In this document: one piece after another, positions 19,349 through 28,841 of the stretch
Numbering within the stretch: the first letter of the stretch is position 1
Layout of the letters: each line of letters opens with the position of its first letter
Assembly (NCBI GenBank): GCA_947591495.1
Contig: CANQDG010000005.1
Coordinates: forward strand, 3,387 to 67,386
Origin: an uncultured Bacilli bacterium
GTDB lineage: Bacteria > Bacillota_I > Bacilli_A > ML615J-28 > CAG-313
Direction: 5' to 3'
DNA: 64,000 nt
The notes under the pieces: generated by a model
Seen by the model: only the letters and a program-made list of their open reading frames with translations
Databases searched by the model: none
Told to the model about the DNA's origin: nothing
Translations under genes and position numbers: made by a program

Positions 19349-22009
19349 ATGAAAAAAATAATTCTTTTAGATGGAAATAGTATTATGTTTAGAGCCTATT
19401 ATGCAACAGCTTATACAGGTAATTTAATGAAAACATCAGATAATCTTTATACCAATGCGATTTATGCTTTTGTTAATATGATAAATAAGCTTTTAACAAC
19501 CGAGGGCTTAACTAATATTTTTGTTGCCTTTGATAAGGGTAAAAAAACTTTTCGCCATCAAGCATATAGTGAATATAAAGGAACAAGAAAACCAATGCCA
19601 GAAGAATTTGCTATGCAAATCCCTTTTATTAAAGAATATTTAGACATTTTAAAAATTTATCACTTAGAAACCGATGATTATGAAGCCGATGACTTAATAG
19701 GCACAATGGCTAAACGTCTAGCAAAAGAATTTGATGAAGTAATTGTTATTTCGGGTGATCATGATTTATTACAACTTGTAAAAGGTAATGTTAAAGTTTT
19801 ATTAACGAAAAAAGGCATCAGTGATTTAGAAGAATATAATGAAAACAATTTTAAAACTTTAATGGGAATAAATCCTGAACAATTAATAGATTATAAAGGT
19901 TTAATTGGTGATAGTTCGGATAATTTATTAGGTGTTAGTGGGATTGGACCTAAAACAGCTATCAAGTTATTAGAAGAATATCAAACATTAGAAAACATTA
20001 TCGCAAATATTCCGGCCTTAAAAGGTAAAATTGCTGAAAATATAACCAAAGATCAAGCGCAAGCTTTGATGACTAAAAAACTTGCAACGATTGAACAAGA
20101 TGCATCAATCGATGTTAAACTAGAAGATACCCGTTTACAAAAACCTAATCTTAGCCTTTTACATCAATTTTTAGAAAGGTTAGAATTTACCAGTCTTATC
20201 AAACGTATTAACTTTGATCAATTTAAAGATCCAGCCTCAACTGAGACAATCAAAAAACCAACCGATCAACCATTTACATATGTTTATAATGATTTAGAAA
20301 AAACCTTAGATGCACTTAATACGCATGAAACTTTAGCAATCGAAGTGGAATTAGATGGTGATAATTACCATAAAGCGTCCCTTTTAGGAATAGCGCTTGC
20401 AACTAAAGATCAAGCCTTTTATTTAGACCGTAAATATCTTACTGATGAAGCGTTAAAAAAGGCAATAAATGCTTCTCATACTTATTATACGATTGATGCT
20501 AAAAAGACTTATGTTAGTTTAAAATATTTAGGAATTAATTTAGCGAAGATTGGATTTGATGTTACTTTAGCTAGTTATGTGATTAATCCATCTTATGTAA
20601 CTAGTGATATTAAAACAATAATTGAACATTTTATTCAAACATCTTTACCTTATTTTGAAGAAGTATATGGCAAAAAAAGCACCTATACGATTCCAAGCGA
20701 AGATGTTTATGCTAAATATGCCCAAGATAAAAGTCATTTGATTTTTGCTTTGAAAACGATTATGGATGATCTTTTAGACGAGGCTCAGCAAAAGGTGCTT
20801 TTATATGAAATTGAATTACCACTTGCTAAAATTCTTGGCCAAGTTGAAATGAACGGCTTTAAAGTAAATGAAGAAAAATTAACTGAAGTTGGCAATTATT
20901 TTAACGATTTAATGAAAAAAACGGAAAAAGAAATTTTTGACTTAGTAGGATTTTCCTTTAATATTGCCTCACCCAAACAATTAGGAACGGTTTTATTTGA
21001 AAATCTTAAATTAGGTAAAGGCAAAAAAACGAAAACCGGTTATTCAACGAGTGCTGAAGTATTAGAAGAATTAGCGAGATATCATGAAGTTCCGAAACTT
21101 GTTTTAGACTATCGTAAATATGCTAAACTATATTCAACTTATGTAGTAGGTCTTCTTTCGGAAGTAAGCCCTCAAGACCATAAAGTTCATACTATTTTTA
21201 AACAAGCTTTAACCCAAACCGGACGCTTGTCATCAACCGAACCTAATATTCAAAATATTCCTGTTAGAACCGAAGAAGGACGAATTATTCGCAGCGTTTT
21301 TATTCCTTCTACAACCGATGGTTATTTAGTAAGTGCTGATTATTCCCAAATTGAATTACGTATTCTTGCAAGTCTTGCTAGTTGCCAAGCAATGATTGAA
21401 ACCTTTAATCAAAATGTTGATCTTCATGCTAGCACCGCCGCGAAAATCTATAATGTTAGTTTAGATATGGTTACCAAAGAAATGCGAAGAATGGCTAAGG
21501 CGGTTAATTTCGGGATTGTTTATGGCATGAGTGATTGGGGCTTGTCGGAAGAATTACATATATCACCGAAAGAAGCAAGCATTTTTAGTCAAAAATATTT
21601 TGAAGTTTTCCCAGAGGTTAAACCATATCTTGATCGATGCATTAAAGAAGCCAAAGAGAAAGGATATACAACGACTATTTATCAAAGAAGAAGATATATG
21701 CCAGAAATTAATAGCACGAATGCAACTTTACGTAAGTTCTCCGAAAGAGCTAGTATGAATGCACCTATTCAAGGTAGTGCAGCTGATATTATGAAAATTG
21801 CCATGATTAAAGTGCAAAAAGCTTTTGATGATCATCATCTAAAGGCTAAAATTGTTGCGCAAGTCCATGATGAATTAATTGTCGATGTTGAAAAAAATGA
21901 ATTAGAAATAGTTAAAAAATTACTAAAGGAAACAATGGAAAATGCTGTATCGCTCAAAGTTAAGCTTGATGTTGATGTTGAATATGGCAAAACATGGGAT
22001 TTAAAATAG
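19349..22009 (+). CDS. polA: DNA polymerase I
   Basis: 886 aa. 5'-nuclease N-terminus (ILLDGNSIMFRAYYA), polymerase motifs DYSQIELRILA, RRMAKAVNFGIVYG, QVHDELIVD. Confidence 0.95.
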   Translation: MKKIILLDGNSIMFRAYYATAYTGNLMKTSDNLYTNAIYAFVNMINKLLTTEGLTNIFVAFDKGKKTFRHQAYSEYKGTRKPMPEEFAMQIPFIKEYLDILKIYHLETDDYEADDLIGTMAKRLAKEFDEVIVISGDHDLLQLVKGNVKVLLTKKGISDLEEYNENNFKTLMGINPEQLIDYKGLIGDSSDNLLGVSGIGPKTAIKLLEEYQTLENIIANIPALKGKIAENITKDQAQALMTKKLATIEQDASIDVKLEDTRLQKPNLSLLHQFLERLEFTSLIKRINFDQFKDPASTETIKKPTDQPFTYVYNDLEKTLDALNTHETLAIEVELDGDNYHKASLLGIALATKDQAFYLDRKYLTDEALKKAINASHTYYTIDAKKTYVSLKYLGINLAKIGFDVTLASYVINPSYVTSDIKTIIEHFIQTSLPYFEEVYGKKSTYTIPSEDVYAKYAQDKSHLIFALKTIMDDLLDEAQQKVLLYEIELPLAKILGQVEMNGFKVNEEKLTEVGNYFNDLMKKTEKEIFDLVGFSFNIASPKQLGTVLFENLKLGKGKKTKTGYSTSAEVLEELARYHEVPKLVLDYRKYAKLYSTYVVGLLSEVSPQDHKVHTIFKQALTQTGRLSSTEPNIQNIPVRTEEGRIIRSVFIPSTTDGYLVSADYSQIELRILASLASCQAMIETFNQNVDLHASTAAKIYNVSLDMVTKEMRRMAKAVNFGIVYGMSDWGLSEELHISPKEASIFSQKYFEVFPEVKPYLDRCIKEAKEKGYTTTIYQRRRYMPEINSTNATLRKFSERASMNAPIQGSAADIMKIAMIKVQKAFDDHHLKAKIVAQVHDELIVDVEKNELEIVKKLLKETMENAVSLKVKLDVDVEYGKTWDLK

Positions 22010-22018
22010 GAGATTATT

Positions 22019-23437
22019 ATGCCAGAATTACCAGAAGTCGAAACCGTCAGAAGAACGTTAGAAACCCAAATTCTTCATAAAAAGATTACCGATGTAGCTA
22101 TATATTATGATAAAATTTTAGAAAATGTGGACGAGGCAACGTTTAAAAATAGTTTAATTAATCAAACATTTCGTCAAATTGATCGTTATGGCAAATATTT
22201 ATTATTTATTTTAGATGATTATACGATTATTAGTCATTTAAGAATGGAAGGTAAATTTTTTCTCAAAGGTTTAAATGATGAACTTTCCAAACACGAACAT
22301 CTTGTTTTTACGCTTGATAACCAAATTAGTTTTCGTTATCATGACACACGTAAATTCGGAAAAATGGTTTTATTAAATACGACTGACAAACAAACGATTA
22401 TGCAATATCCCGCGCTTGCTAAACTCGGCAAAGAAGCAAACGATCCAACTTTTACCAAAGAAGAATTATACGAAAAAATTCATAAAAAAACCATGCCTAT
22501 TAAAGGCGTGCTCTTAGATCAAGAAGTTATTTGTGGACTTGGTAATATTTATGTTGATGAAGTATGTTTTATGAGCCATTTGAATCCTAAAACCCCGGCT
22601 AATCATTTAACAATCGAAGATGCTGATCATATTTTACAATCATCACGAATGGTTTTAGCTAAAGCTATCAAAGCAGGTGGCACCACGATTCGGAGTTATA
22701 CCTCTAGTTTAGGGGTAACAGGTTTATTTCAATTAGAACTTTTAGTCCACACCAAAGCGCAAGAACCTTGCCCTATTTGTGGCACCATTATTCAAAAAGA
22801 AGTTGTTTGTGGCAGAGGCACATATTATTGCAAAAAATGTCAACCCTTTGAAAAAGTAGTAATAGGCATTACCGGTTCTATTGCTACTGGTAAATCAACA
22901 ATTACTGAGTATTTAAAAACGAAAGGTTATATGGTTTTAGATGCTGATGAAATAGTTTGTGCCTTAAAAACTAAGGGTAGTAAGGTTTATCAACAATTAG
23001 TTAAACTTTTAGGTTTAAATATTTTAGATAATGATGGTAATATTGATAATCAAGTTTTAGCTAATATAGTTTTTACAAACGATGAAATGCGCAAAAAAAT
23101 TAATAAAATTATTCATCCTGCCGTTTATGAAGAATGTCAAAAACAAATCAATATAACGAAAAATAAATTAATTTTTATTAGTGTGCCGCTTTTATTTGAA
23201 GCAGGCTTTGATAAATTATGTGATGAGGTTATTTGTGTTACCACTGATGAACAAACCCAATTAGCAAGATTAATGAAGCGTAATCATTTAACCCTTGAAG
23301 ATGCAAAAAAGCGAATTGCCTCGCAAATGTCCCAAAAAGAAAAATGTCAAAAAGCAACGTTTATAATTGATAATTCGCAAGAAATATGTTATACTATAGA
23401 ACAAGTAGATAAAATTTTAGAAAGGTTAGGAAAATAA
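22019..23437 (+). CDS. mutM: Fusion protein: formamidopyrimidine-DNA glycosylase (MutM/Fpg) plus dephospho-CoA kinase (CoaE)
   Basis: N-terminus MPELPEVETVRR and zinc finger CPICG...CGRGTYYCKKCQ. It is followed immediately by the CoaE P-loop VIGITGSIATGKST in the same ORF (472 aa). Confidence 0.9.
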   Translation: MPELPEVETVRRTLETQILHKKITDVAIYYDKILENVDEATFKNSLINQTFRQIDRYGKYLLFILDDYTIISHLRMEGKFFLKGLNDELSKHEHLVFTLDNQISFRYHDTRKFGKMVLLNTTDKQTIMQYPALAKLGKEANDPTFTKEELYEKIHKKTMPIKGVLLDQEVICGLGNIYVDEVCFMSHLNPKTPANHLTIEDADHILQSSRMVLAKAIKAGGTTIRSYTSSLGVTGLFQLELLVHTKAQEPCPICGTIIQKEVVCGRGTYYCKKCQPFEKVVIGITGSIATGKSTITEYLKTKGYMVLDADEIVCALKTKGSKVYQQLVKLLGLNILDNDGNIDNQVLANIVFTNDEMRKKINKIIHPAVYEECQKQINITKNKLIFISVPLLFEAGFDKLCDEVICVTTDEQTQLARLMKRNHLTLEDAKKRIASQMSQKEKCQKATFIIDNSQEICYTIEQVDKILERLGK

Positions 23438-23440
23438 ACG

Positions 23441-23809
23441 ATGGGATTGGCTGAGTATTTCTTAAATGATTTTGAAACAAGCCCTGTTGCTAAAGATCAA
23501 CGCTTATTATCACATACTTATAGTAATGATTATAATACAGTTCAGAATGCAGCATCAGATGCTTTTAAACAAGTAGGAATTAAACTTATTAATGTTGATA
23601 ATAATTATCATGAAATGCTTTTTGAATATAAAAAAAGTATGATTATTTTAACATTAATAGAGCTTAGTTTATATGAAGTTAGAGTTGATATTAAAGTTAA
23701 TACTAAATATTTATTAGCTTTTAAAAGACCAATTAAATTAATTGAAAAACTTTATGAATTATTAGATAAAAGATTAACCTTAAAACATAAAGGTGGATCA
23801 AATGAATAG
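23441..23809 (+). CDS. Hypothetical protein (122 aa)
   Basis: Operon position between coaE and dnaB, where many Firmicutes carry nrdR. It has no zinc ribbon or ATP-cone, so it is not NrdR. Confidence 0.5.
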   Translation: MGLAEYFLNDFETSPVAKDQRLLSHTYSNDYNTVQNAASDAFKQVGIKLINVDNNYHEMLFEYKKSMIILTLIELSLYEVRVDIKVNTKYLLAFKRPIKLIEKLYELLDKRLTLKHKGGSNE

Positions 23810-25103
23810 TTCTTATCCACTTGCTAATAATAGTGATTATGAAGTAATGATAACAGCTAACCTTTCAACTTATGATCAAAAAACTCTTTTAACCTTTTAT
23901 ATGCCTATTATTGGTAATAAGGTGCTTCTTTTATATCAAACCCTTTATTCTCTTGTTAAAGAAGGGGCTTTTGAGTCTGATATTGCTAAACACGAACACT
24001 TAGTTCGGTTAATGCACTTAAAGTCAATTGAAAAATTTTATGAAATGCGTATCAAATTAGAAGCAGTTAGGTTGTTAGAGGTTTTTTATAAAGATGGTTT
24101 CTATGTTTATCTTTTACAAAGACCATTAACAGCTCAAGCTTTTTTAGAAAATCGTGAACTAGCAACTTTATTAGAATATCAACTTGGACATGATGAATAT
24201 GAAAAGATTTATCTAGAGACAATGATGCGAAAACTTGATATTAATAAGTTCAATCAGATAACTTTAGCCTTTGATGATGTTTACCAAATCGAAGCATCAG
24301 ATACCATTTATTTAACTAATAATGATCCAATGGTTAATAATGGAATTGTTATTACAAATAAAGATTTTGATTTTGAGCAATTTATGATTTTAACTTCTGC
24401 TCATGAAATTATTCATAATGAGTATTTTAGTGATCAAAATTTTATTAATACCATCAAAAGATATAGCTTTTTATATAAATTAAATCCCGAAGAAATGAAA
24501 GATGTTATTATCTTATCTTGTGATGAAAATAAAAAAGTTAATTATGATGATATTAGAATTAATGCTAAAAAAATGTATGAAAAGAAAAATCAAAAATTAG
24601 GTCTAACAACAAAAAATATGATTAAGCCTAATGCTAGTAGTAATAATAAATTGATTAGATATTTAGAATCAGCTAGTCCAAGTGATTTTGTAAAAAATAA
24701 AACCGGCGTGGCTTTAATTAGTAGTGAAATTGATATGTTTGACCGTTTATTAAAAGATACCAATATCAGTCTAGGCGTTTTAAATGTTTTAATTGGTAAA
24801 GTCCTTGATTTTGAAAATTTAAATGGTGAAATCCCCCCTTATAATTATTTCCTAAAAATTATTAATACTTGGAAACGGGCTGGAGTCAAAACGACGGTTG
24901 ATGCTATTAATTATGTTAGTAATAAAAATAAAACTTCCAATAGTAAAAATAGCCCTAATAAAAAACAAAAAGGTGTACCAGATTGGTATGATGATTACAT
25001 AAAAGATTTAAGTCAAAAAACTAACCAAGAACAAACCTCATCAAATGATGATGACGACTTAGAAGAATTAAAGAAATATTTTCGCCCAGATAGCAAGGAG
25101 TAA
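23793..25103 (+). CDS. dnaB: Replication initiation and membrane attachment protein (Firmicute DnaB, DnaD-domain family)
   Basis: Position directly upstream of dnaI. DnaD-like C-terminal segment NYFLKIINTWKRAGVKTTVDAINY. Lys/Asn-rich tail. Confidence 0.75.
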   Translation: MDQMNSSYPLANNSDYEVMITANLSTYDQKTLLTFYMPIIGNKVLLLYQTLYSLVKEGAFESDIAKHEHLVRLMHLKSIEKFYEMRIKLEAVRLLEVFYKDGFYVYLLQRPLTAQAFLENRELATLLEYQLGHDEYEKIYLETMMRKLDINKFNQITLAFDDVYQIEASDTIYLTNNDPMVNNGIVITNKDFDFEQFMILTSAHEIIHNEYFSDQNFINTIKRYSFLYKLNPEEMKDVIILSCDENKKVNYDDIRINAKKMYEKKNQKLGLTTKNMIKPNASSNNKLIRYLESASPSDFVKNKTGVALISSEIDMFDRLLKDTNISLGVLNVLIGKVLDFENLNGEIPPYNYFLKIINTWKRAGVKTTVDAINYVSNKNKTSNSKNSPNKKQKGVPDWYDDYIKDLSQKTNQEQTSSNDDDDLEELKKYFRPDSKE

Positions 25104-25106
25104 CAT

Positions 25107-25979
25107 ATGGAACCTAATATGCAAAGAAAGCAATTACTTGATAAAGTTTTAAACGATCAAGATGTTCAAAAACTTATCAAAGCACATCACTTATCAGTAA
25201 ATTTTGTGGATCAAAATCTTAATCCGGCTTTAGCTTTTGTTTTTCGTAAAGCAAAATGTCAAAATTGTCCAGGATTAGAAAAGTGTCAACAAGCAACCAC
25301 AGGATATAGTCCTCTTTTAAATTATGATGGCATTAAATTAGAACTTAGTTATCAACCTTGTGCTTATTTAAAAACCGTGCAAGCTTATCAACAAAAACAA
25401 AATAATTTACATTTGATTGCTTGTAATTTAAATAATATGAATTTAGAAGATATTTATGTTAATGACGCACGTAAAGAAGTTCTAAAAAAAATAAAGAATT
25501 GCCTTGCTAATTATGAAAAAAATTTATCACCCAAAGGTCTTTATATTCATGGCAATTATGGTTGTGGTAAGACTTATTTATTAGCATATCTTGCTCATAC
25601 ATTAGCGGAAAATAATCATCAAGTTATTTTTGCTTACTATCCAGCACTGGCTCGAATGTTTCGAAGTGCTATTACTGATGGATCTTTAGAAAGTTTAATT
25701 GATGAATTAAAAGAAGTTGAAGTTTTGATTCTTGATGATTTTGGGGGAGAAACATTATCAAGTTATATTCGCGATGAAGTCTTAGGTGCTATTTTACAAG
25801 AACGAATGAGCAATAAACGTTTAACTTTTATGAGTTCTAATTTAGATGAACAACTCTTATTTGCCCATTTAAAAGAATCTAATCGGGATATTGATGATTT
25901 ACGAGCATCAAGAATATATGAAAGAATAAGAACTTTGATGGAATTTGTCAAATTGTCAGATCAAAATTATCGCAATTAA
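25107..25979 (+). CDS. dnaI: Primosomal helicase loader DnaI
   Basis: N-terminal Cys cluster (CQNCPGLEKCQ), AAA+ Walker A GNYGCGKTYL, Walker B LILDDFGGE. Confidence 0.85.
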   Translation: MEPNMQRKQLLDKVLNDQDVQKLIKAHHLSVNFVDQNLNPALAFVFRKAKCQNCPGLEKCQQATTGYSPLLNYDGIKLELSYQPCAYLKTVQAYQQKQNNLHLIACNLNNMNLEDIYVNDARKEVLKKIKNCLANYEKNLSPKGLYIHGNYGCGKTYLLAYLAHTLAENNHQVIFAYYPALARMFRSAITDGSLESLIDELKEVEVLILDDFGGETLSSYIRDEVLGAILQERMSNKRLTFMSSNLDEQLLFAHLKESNRDIDDLRASRIYERIRTLMEFVKLSDQNYRN

Positions 25980-25998
25980 AATCCTTTAAGTTTTATAT

Positions 25999-26027
25999 TT
26001 GAAATTATTAAAAAAAAGTATTATAAT
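25999..26027 (+). promoter_or_regulatory. SigmaA-like promoter of the thrS leader
   Basis: TTGAAA-17 nt-TATAAT. Confidence 0.55.
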
Positions 26028-26044
26028 ATTGTTAATCATATTAA

Positions 26045-26317
26045 TAACTTTGAACAGGATATGGTAATTAAAGACTAGTTTATTAGTGAGGCTAGATAGT
26101 GAAAATAGCTAAACCAAGTTTAATTATTACTCCCTGGGAGTTGCTTATAGAAATATAAGCCGTAATGGTTTCTTGCGTTAAAAGATTCAAGTTGCAAAGA
26201 TGATAAATCTTTGAACTAAGGTGGTACCGCGGAAAATTAAATAAAAAAGCCGTTTGATTATTTCGTCCTTAGAAAGTTAATAGTAAAAAACTATTGATTT
26301 TTCTAAGGCTTTTATTT
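26045..26317 (+). promoter_or_regulatory. T-box riboswitch leader (threonine candidate) with terminator
   Basis: Conserved T-box sequence AAGGTGGTACCGCGG at 26217-26231. Terminator CCTTAGAAA...TTTCTAAGG plus a T-run at 26266-26317. ACU at 26128-26130 is a possible specifier (inference). Lies upstream of thrS. Confidence 0.85.
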
Positions 26318-26335
26318 TGAAAGGAGATATTTTCA

Positions 26336-28243
26336 ATGATTAAAATTACATTTCCCGATTTATCGGTTAAGGAATTTAAAGCAGGAATAACTCCTGCTGA
26401 GATTGCAACCACTATTTCTAGTAGTTTATTAAAAAAATGTATGGTTGCTAAATTTAATGATCAACTAATTGATTTAACCAAACCCCTTCATGAAGATGGT
26501 TCGATTGAACTCATTTTAGGTGGAACGCTAGGCTACGAAAACTTATTAAACCATTCTTGTGCTCATTTATTAGCTCAAGCTTTAAAAGAATTATATCCGC
26601 TTGCAATGTTTGGGGTAGGACCTGCTATTGAAGAAGGTTTCTATTATGATGTTGATTTAGGTGGCGTTAAATTAACCGAAGAAGACTTACCTAAAATTGA
26701 AAAAAAGATGCAAGCTTTAGTTGCTTCAGGAGAAAATATTATTCGTAAAGAAGTTACTAAAGAAGAAGCTTTAAAACTTTTTGCCAAAGATGTTTATAAA
26801 ACTGAATTAATTAATGAATTAGAAGATGGTACAATTACCATTTATGAACAAGGTAATTTCTTTGATTTATGCCGTGGGCCACATGTTTCTAGTACCAAAT
26901 GGCTTAAAAATTTTAAATTATTAAGTGTTAGTGGGGCATATTGGCGTGGTGATGCTAAAAGGGCTCAATTACAAAGAATTTATGGCACTTGCTTTGCTAC
27001 GGAAGAAGCTTTAAAAAATCATCTTAACCTTCTTGAAGAACGTAAAAAAAGAGATCATCGTAAAATAGGTAAAGAATTAGGTCTATTTATGATTAGTGAA
27101 TATGGCCCAGGATTTCCTTTCTGGCTTCCAAATGGTATGATTCTACGTCGTAATTTAGAAAATTTCTGGTATAAAATACATACTGATGCTGGATATCAAT
27201 TTGTTCAAACCCCTATTATGTTAAATAAAGAATTATGGGAAATTTCTGGCCATTGGTATAATTATAAAGAAAATATGTATACTTCCGTAATCGATGAAAA
27301 AGAATTTGCCATTAAACCGATGAATTGCCCAGGAGGAATGCTTGTCTATAAAAATGATATTCATTCTTATCGTGATTTTCCTTTACGAATAGGTGAATTA
27401 GGTCTTGTTCATCGTCATGAGGCAAGTGGTGCTTTAAATGGCTTATTTAGAGTTCGTAATTTTACCCAAGATGATGCGCATATCTTTATTACCGAAGATC
27501 AAATTGAAGAAGAAATCGGTCGTTTAATTGATTTATATGATGAAGTTTATCGAGTGTTTAATTTATCATATCATATTGAATTATCAACTAGACCACTTGA
27601 TAAATATATTGGATCAATTGCAACTTGGGATAAAGCAGAAAAAGCTCTCGCTAGTGCCATGGAAAAGAAAAATATCAAATATATTTTAAATCCAGGTGAT
27701 GGTGCCTTCTATGGACCAAAACTTGATTTCAAATTACGTGACTCAATGAATCGTATTTGGCAATGTGGTACAATTCAATTAGATATGAATTTACCAGAAC
27801 GTTTCGATTTAACTTATGTTGATGAACAAGGTGAAAAACGTCGCCCGATTATGTTACATCGCGCTCTTTTTGGTTCAATTGAAAGATTTATTGGAATCTT
27901 AATCGAACATTATGCGGGGGCCTTCCCACTTTGGCTTGCGCCAAAACAAGTTGTAATTATTCCTGTTAATAATGATGCTCACTATGAATATGCTAAAATG
28001 CTTGCTAGTAAGTTGAAAGATGCCAATATTAGAGTTTCAATTGATACGCGTAACGAAAAGATGAATTACAAAATTAGAGAAAGTCAAACTCAAAAAATCC
28101 CTTATACGGTTGTTTTAGGTGATAATGAAGCAAACTCTAATCTTGTAACTTATCGTCATCATGGTTCAACCGAATCAATAAGTATGCCATTAGATGAATT
28201 TATTAATAAATTAACGCAAGAAATTGCAACATTAGGTAAATAA
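26336..28243 (+). CDS. thrS: Threonine--tRNA ligase
   Basis: TGS N-terminus, class II motifs (FRVRNFTQDDAHIF, GTIQLD), 635 aa. Confidence 0.97.
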   Translation: MIKITFPDLSVKEFKAGITPAEIATTISSSLLKKCMVAKFNDQLIDLTKPLHEDGSIELILGGTLGYENLLNHSCAHLLAQALKELYPLAMFGVGPAIEEGFYYDVDLGGVKLTEEDLPKIEKKMQALVASGENIIRKEVTKEEALKLFAKDVYKTELINELEDGTITIYEQGNFFDLCRGPHVSSTKWLKNFKLLSVSGAYWRGDAKRAQLQRIYGTCFATEEALKNHLNLLEERKKRDHRKIGKELGLFMISEYGPGFPFWLPNGMILRRNLENFWYKIHTDAGYQFVQTPIMLNKELWEISGHWYNYKENMYTSVIDEKEFAIKPMNCPGGMLVYKNDIHSYRDFPLRIGELGLVHRHEASGALNGLFRVRNFTQDDAHIFITEDQIEEEIGRLIDLYDEVYRVFNLSYHIELSTRPLDKYIGSIATWDKAEKALASAMEKKNIKYILNPGDGAFYGPKLDFKLRDSMNRIWQCGTIQLDMNLPERFDLTYVDEQGEKRRPIMLHRALFGSIERFIGILIEHYAGAFPLWLAPKQVVIIPVNNDAHYEYAKMLASKLKDANIRVSIDTRNEKMNYKIRESQTQKIPYTVVLGDNEANSNLVTYRHHGSTESISMPLDEFINKLTQEIATLGK

Positions 28244-28281
28244 AAAAGCATCTCCCGAATTAAAATTCGGGAGATGCTTTT
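28244..28281. terminator. Bidirectional intrinsic terminator (thrS / XRE gene)
   Basis: A-run, 14-bp stem GCATCTCCCGAATT / AATTCGGGAGATGC, T-run. Confidence 0.8.
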
Positions 28282-28314
28282 ATCCCCGAATTAAAATTCG
28301 GGAGATGCTTTTAT
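28254..28314. repeat. Tandem direct duplication (two 30-nt copies, period 31) of the terminator 3' half
   Basis: CCCGAATTAAAATTCGGGAGATGCTTTTAT occurs at 28254-28283 and again at 28285-28314. The XRE stop codon (28311-28313) lies inside copy 2. Confidence 0.85.
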
Positions 28315-28601
28315 AATAACTTTTTGATTTTTTCGATTTGTTTAATAACTTCATTAAGCTCATCTTCCATACTTGCTTCATCAATTTCGGTGGTATCTTT
28401 AATACCTGCTAGATAATCAATACTAACATTAAACAATAATGATAAAGAAATTAAAATACTTATTGTTGGTTCAGATACACCTGATTCATAGCGAAGAAGA
28501 GTTCTTTTACTAATGCCTAGTTTGTTAGCAAGTTCTTCTTGATTCATATCATGATCCTCACGTAAATCACGGAGGCGTTTACACCATTTCATTACTATCA
28601 C
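28311..28601 (-). CDS. XRE-family helix-turn-helix transcriptional regulator (96 aa)
   Basis: HTH_3 signature MNQEELANKLGISKRTLLRYESGVSEPTISILISLSLLFNVSIDYLAG. Confidence 0.85.
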   Translation of the reverse strand: MIVMKWCKRLRDLREDHDMNQEELANKLGISKRTLLRYESGVSEPTISILISLSLLFNVSIDYLAGIKDTTEIDEASMEDELNEVIKQIEKIKKLL

Positions 28602-28635
28602 CTAGACAAATTATAACCTTTTTTGTCCAATTTCC

Positions 28636-28664
28636 TTGATTTGTGGACAAAATTGTGCTATAAT
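28636..28664 (+). promoter_or_regulatory. SigmaA-like promoter with an embedded operator-like half-palindrome
   Basis: TTGATT-17 nt-TATAAT with extended TGc. The spacer contains GGACAAAATTGTGC. Confidence 0.5.
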
Positions 28665-28672
28665 CTAACCAA

Positions 28673-28690
28673 TAGGACAAAATTGTCCTA
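28673..28690. promoter_or_regulatory. Operator-like inverted repeat (candidate XRE binding site)
   Basis: TAGGACAA-AA-TTGTCCTA (8-bp arms) about 9 nt downstream of the -10. Related copies are GGACAAAATTGTGC (28645-28658) and TTGTCCAA (28623-28630). Confidence 0.5.
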
Positions 28691-28707
28691 TTATAAAAAA
28701 AGAAGGT

Positions 28708-28791
28708 AAAAATAGTCCTTTTGTGAATAACTAGGTAGGCCCCCCGCCTTAAATACACTTATACCTAGTTATTCACCAAGGGATTATTTTT
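28708..28791. other. Near-perfect 30-bp-stem inverted repeat with a GC-rich loop; candidate small-RNA 3' end or leader element
   Basis: AAAAATAGTCCTTTTGTGAATAACTAGGTA pairs with TACCTAGTTATTCACCAAGGGATTATTTTT (27 Watson-Crick pairs, 2 G-U, 1 mismatch). 24-nt loop GGCCCCCCGCC... A-tract on the 5' side and T-tract on the 3' side. Located between divergent genes. Confidence 0.5.
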
Positions 28792-28841
28792 TTGTAACGA
28801 TTCTTTTTAATTTTCATATATTAATCTTGAGGAGGGATAAA

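Noticed and set aside
23441-23809. 122-aa ORF in the slot usually occupied by nrdR
   Set aside because: It has no zinc ribbon or ATP-cone motifs, so it is not NrdR. There is nothing else to support a specific function, so it is left as hypothetical.
28254-28314. Direct repeats after thrS as a mini-CRISPR or attachment site
   Set aside because: There are only two adjacent copies with a 1-nt spacer, and they are part of a terminator hairpin. There are no spacers or cas genes. They are kept only as a duplication scar.
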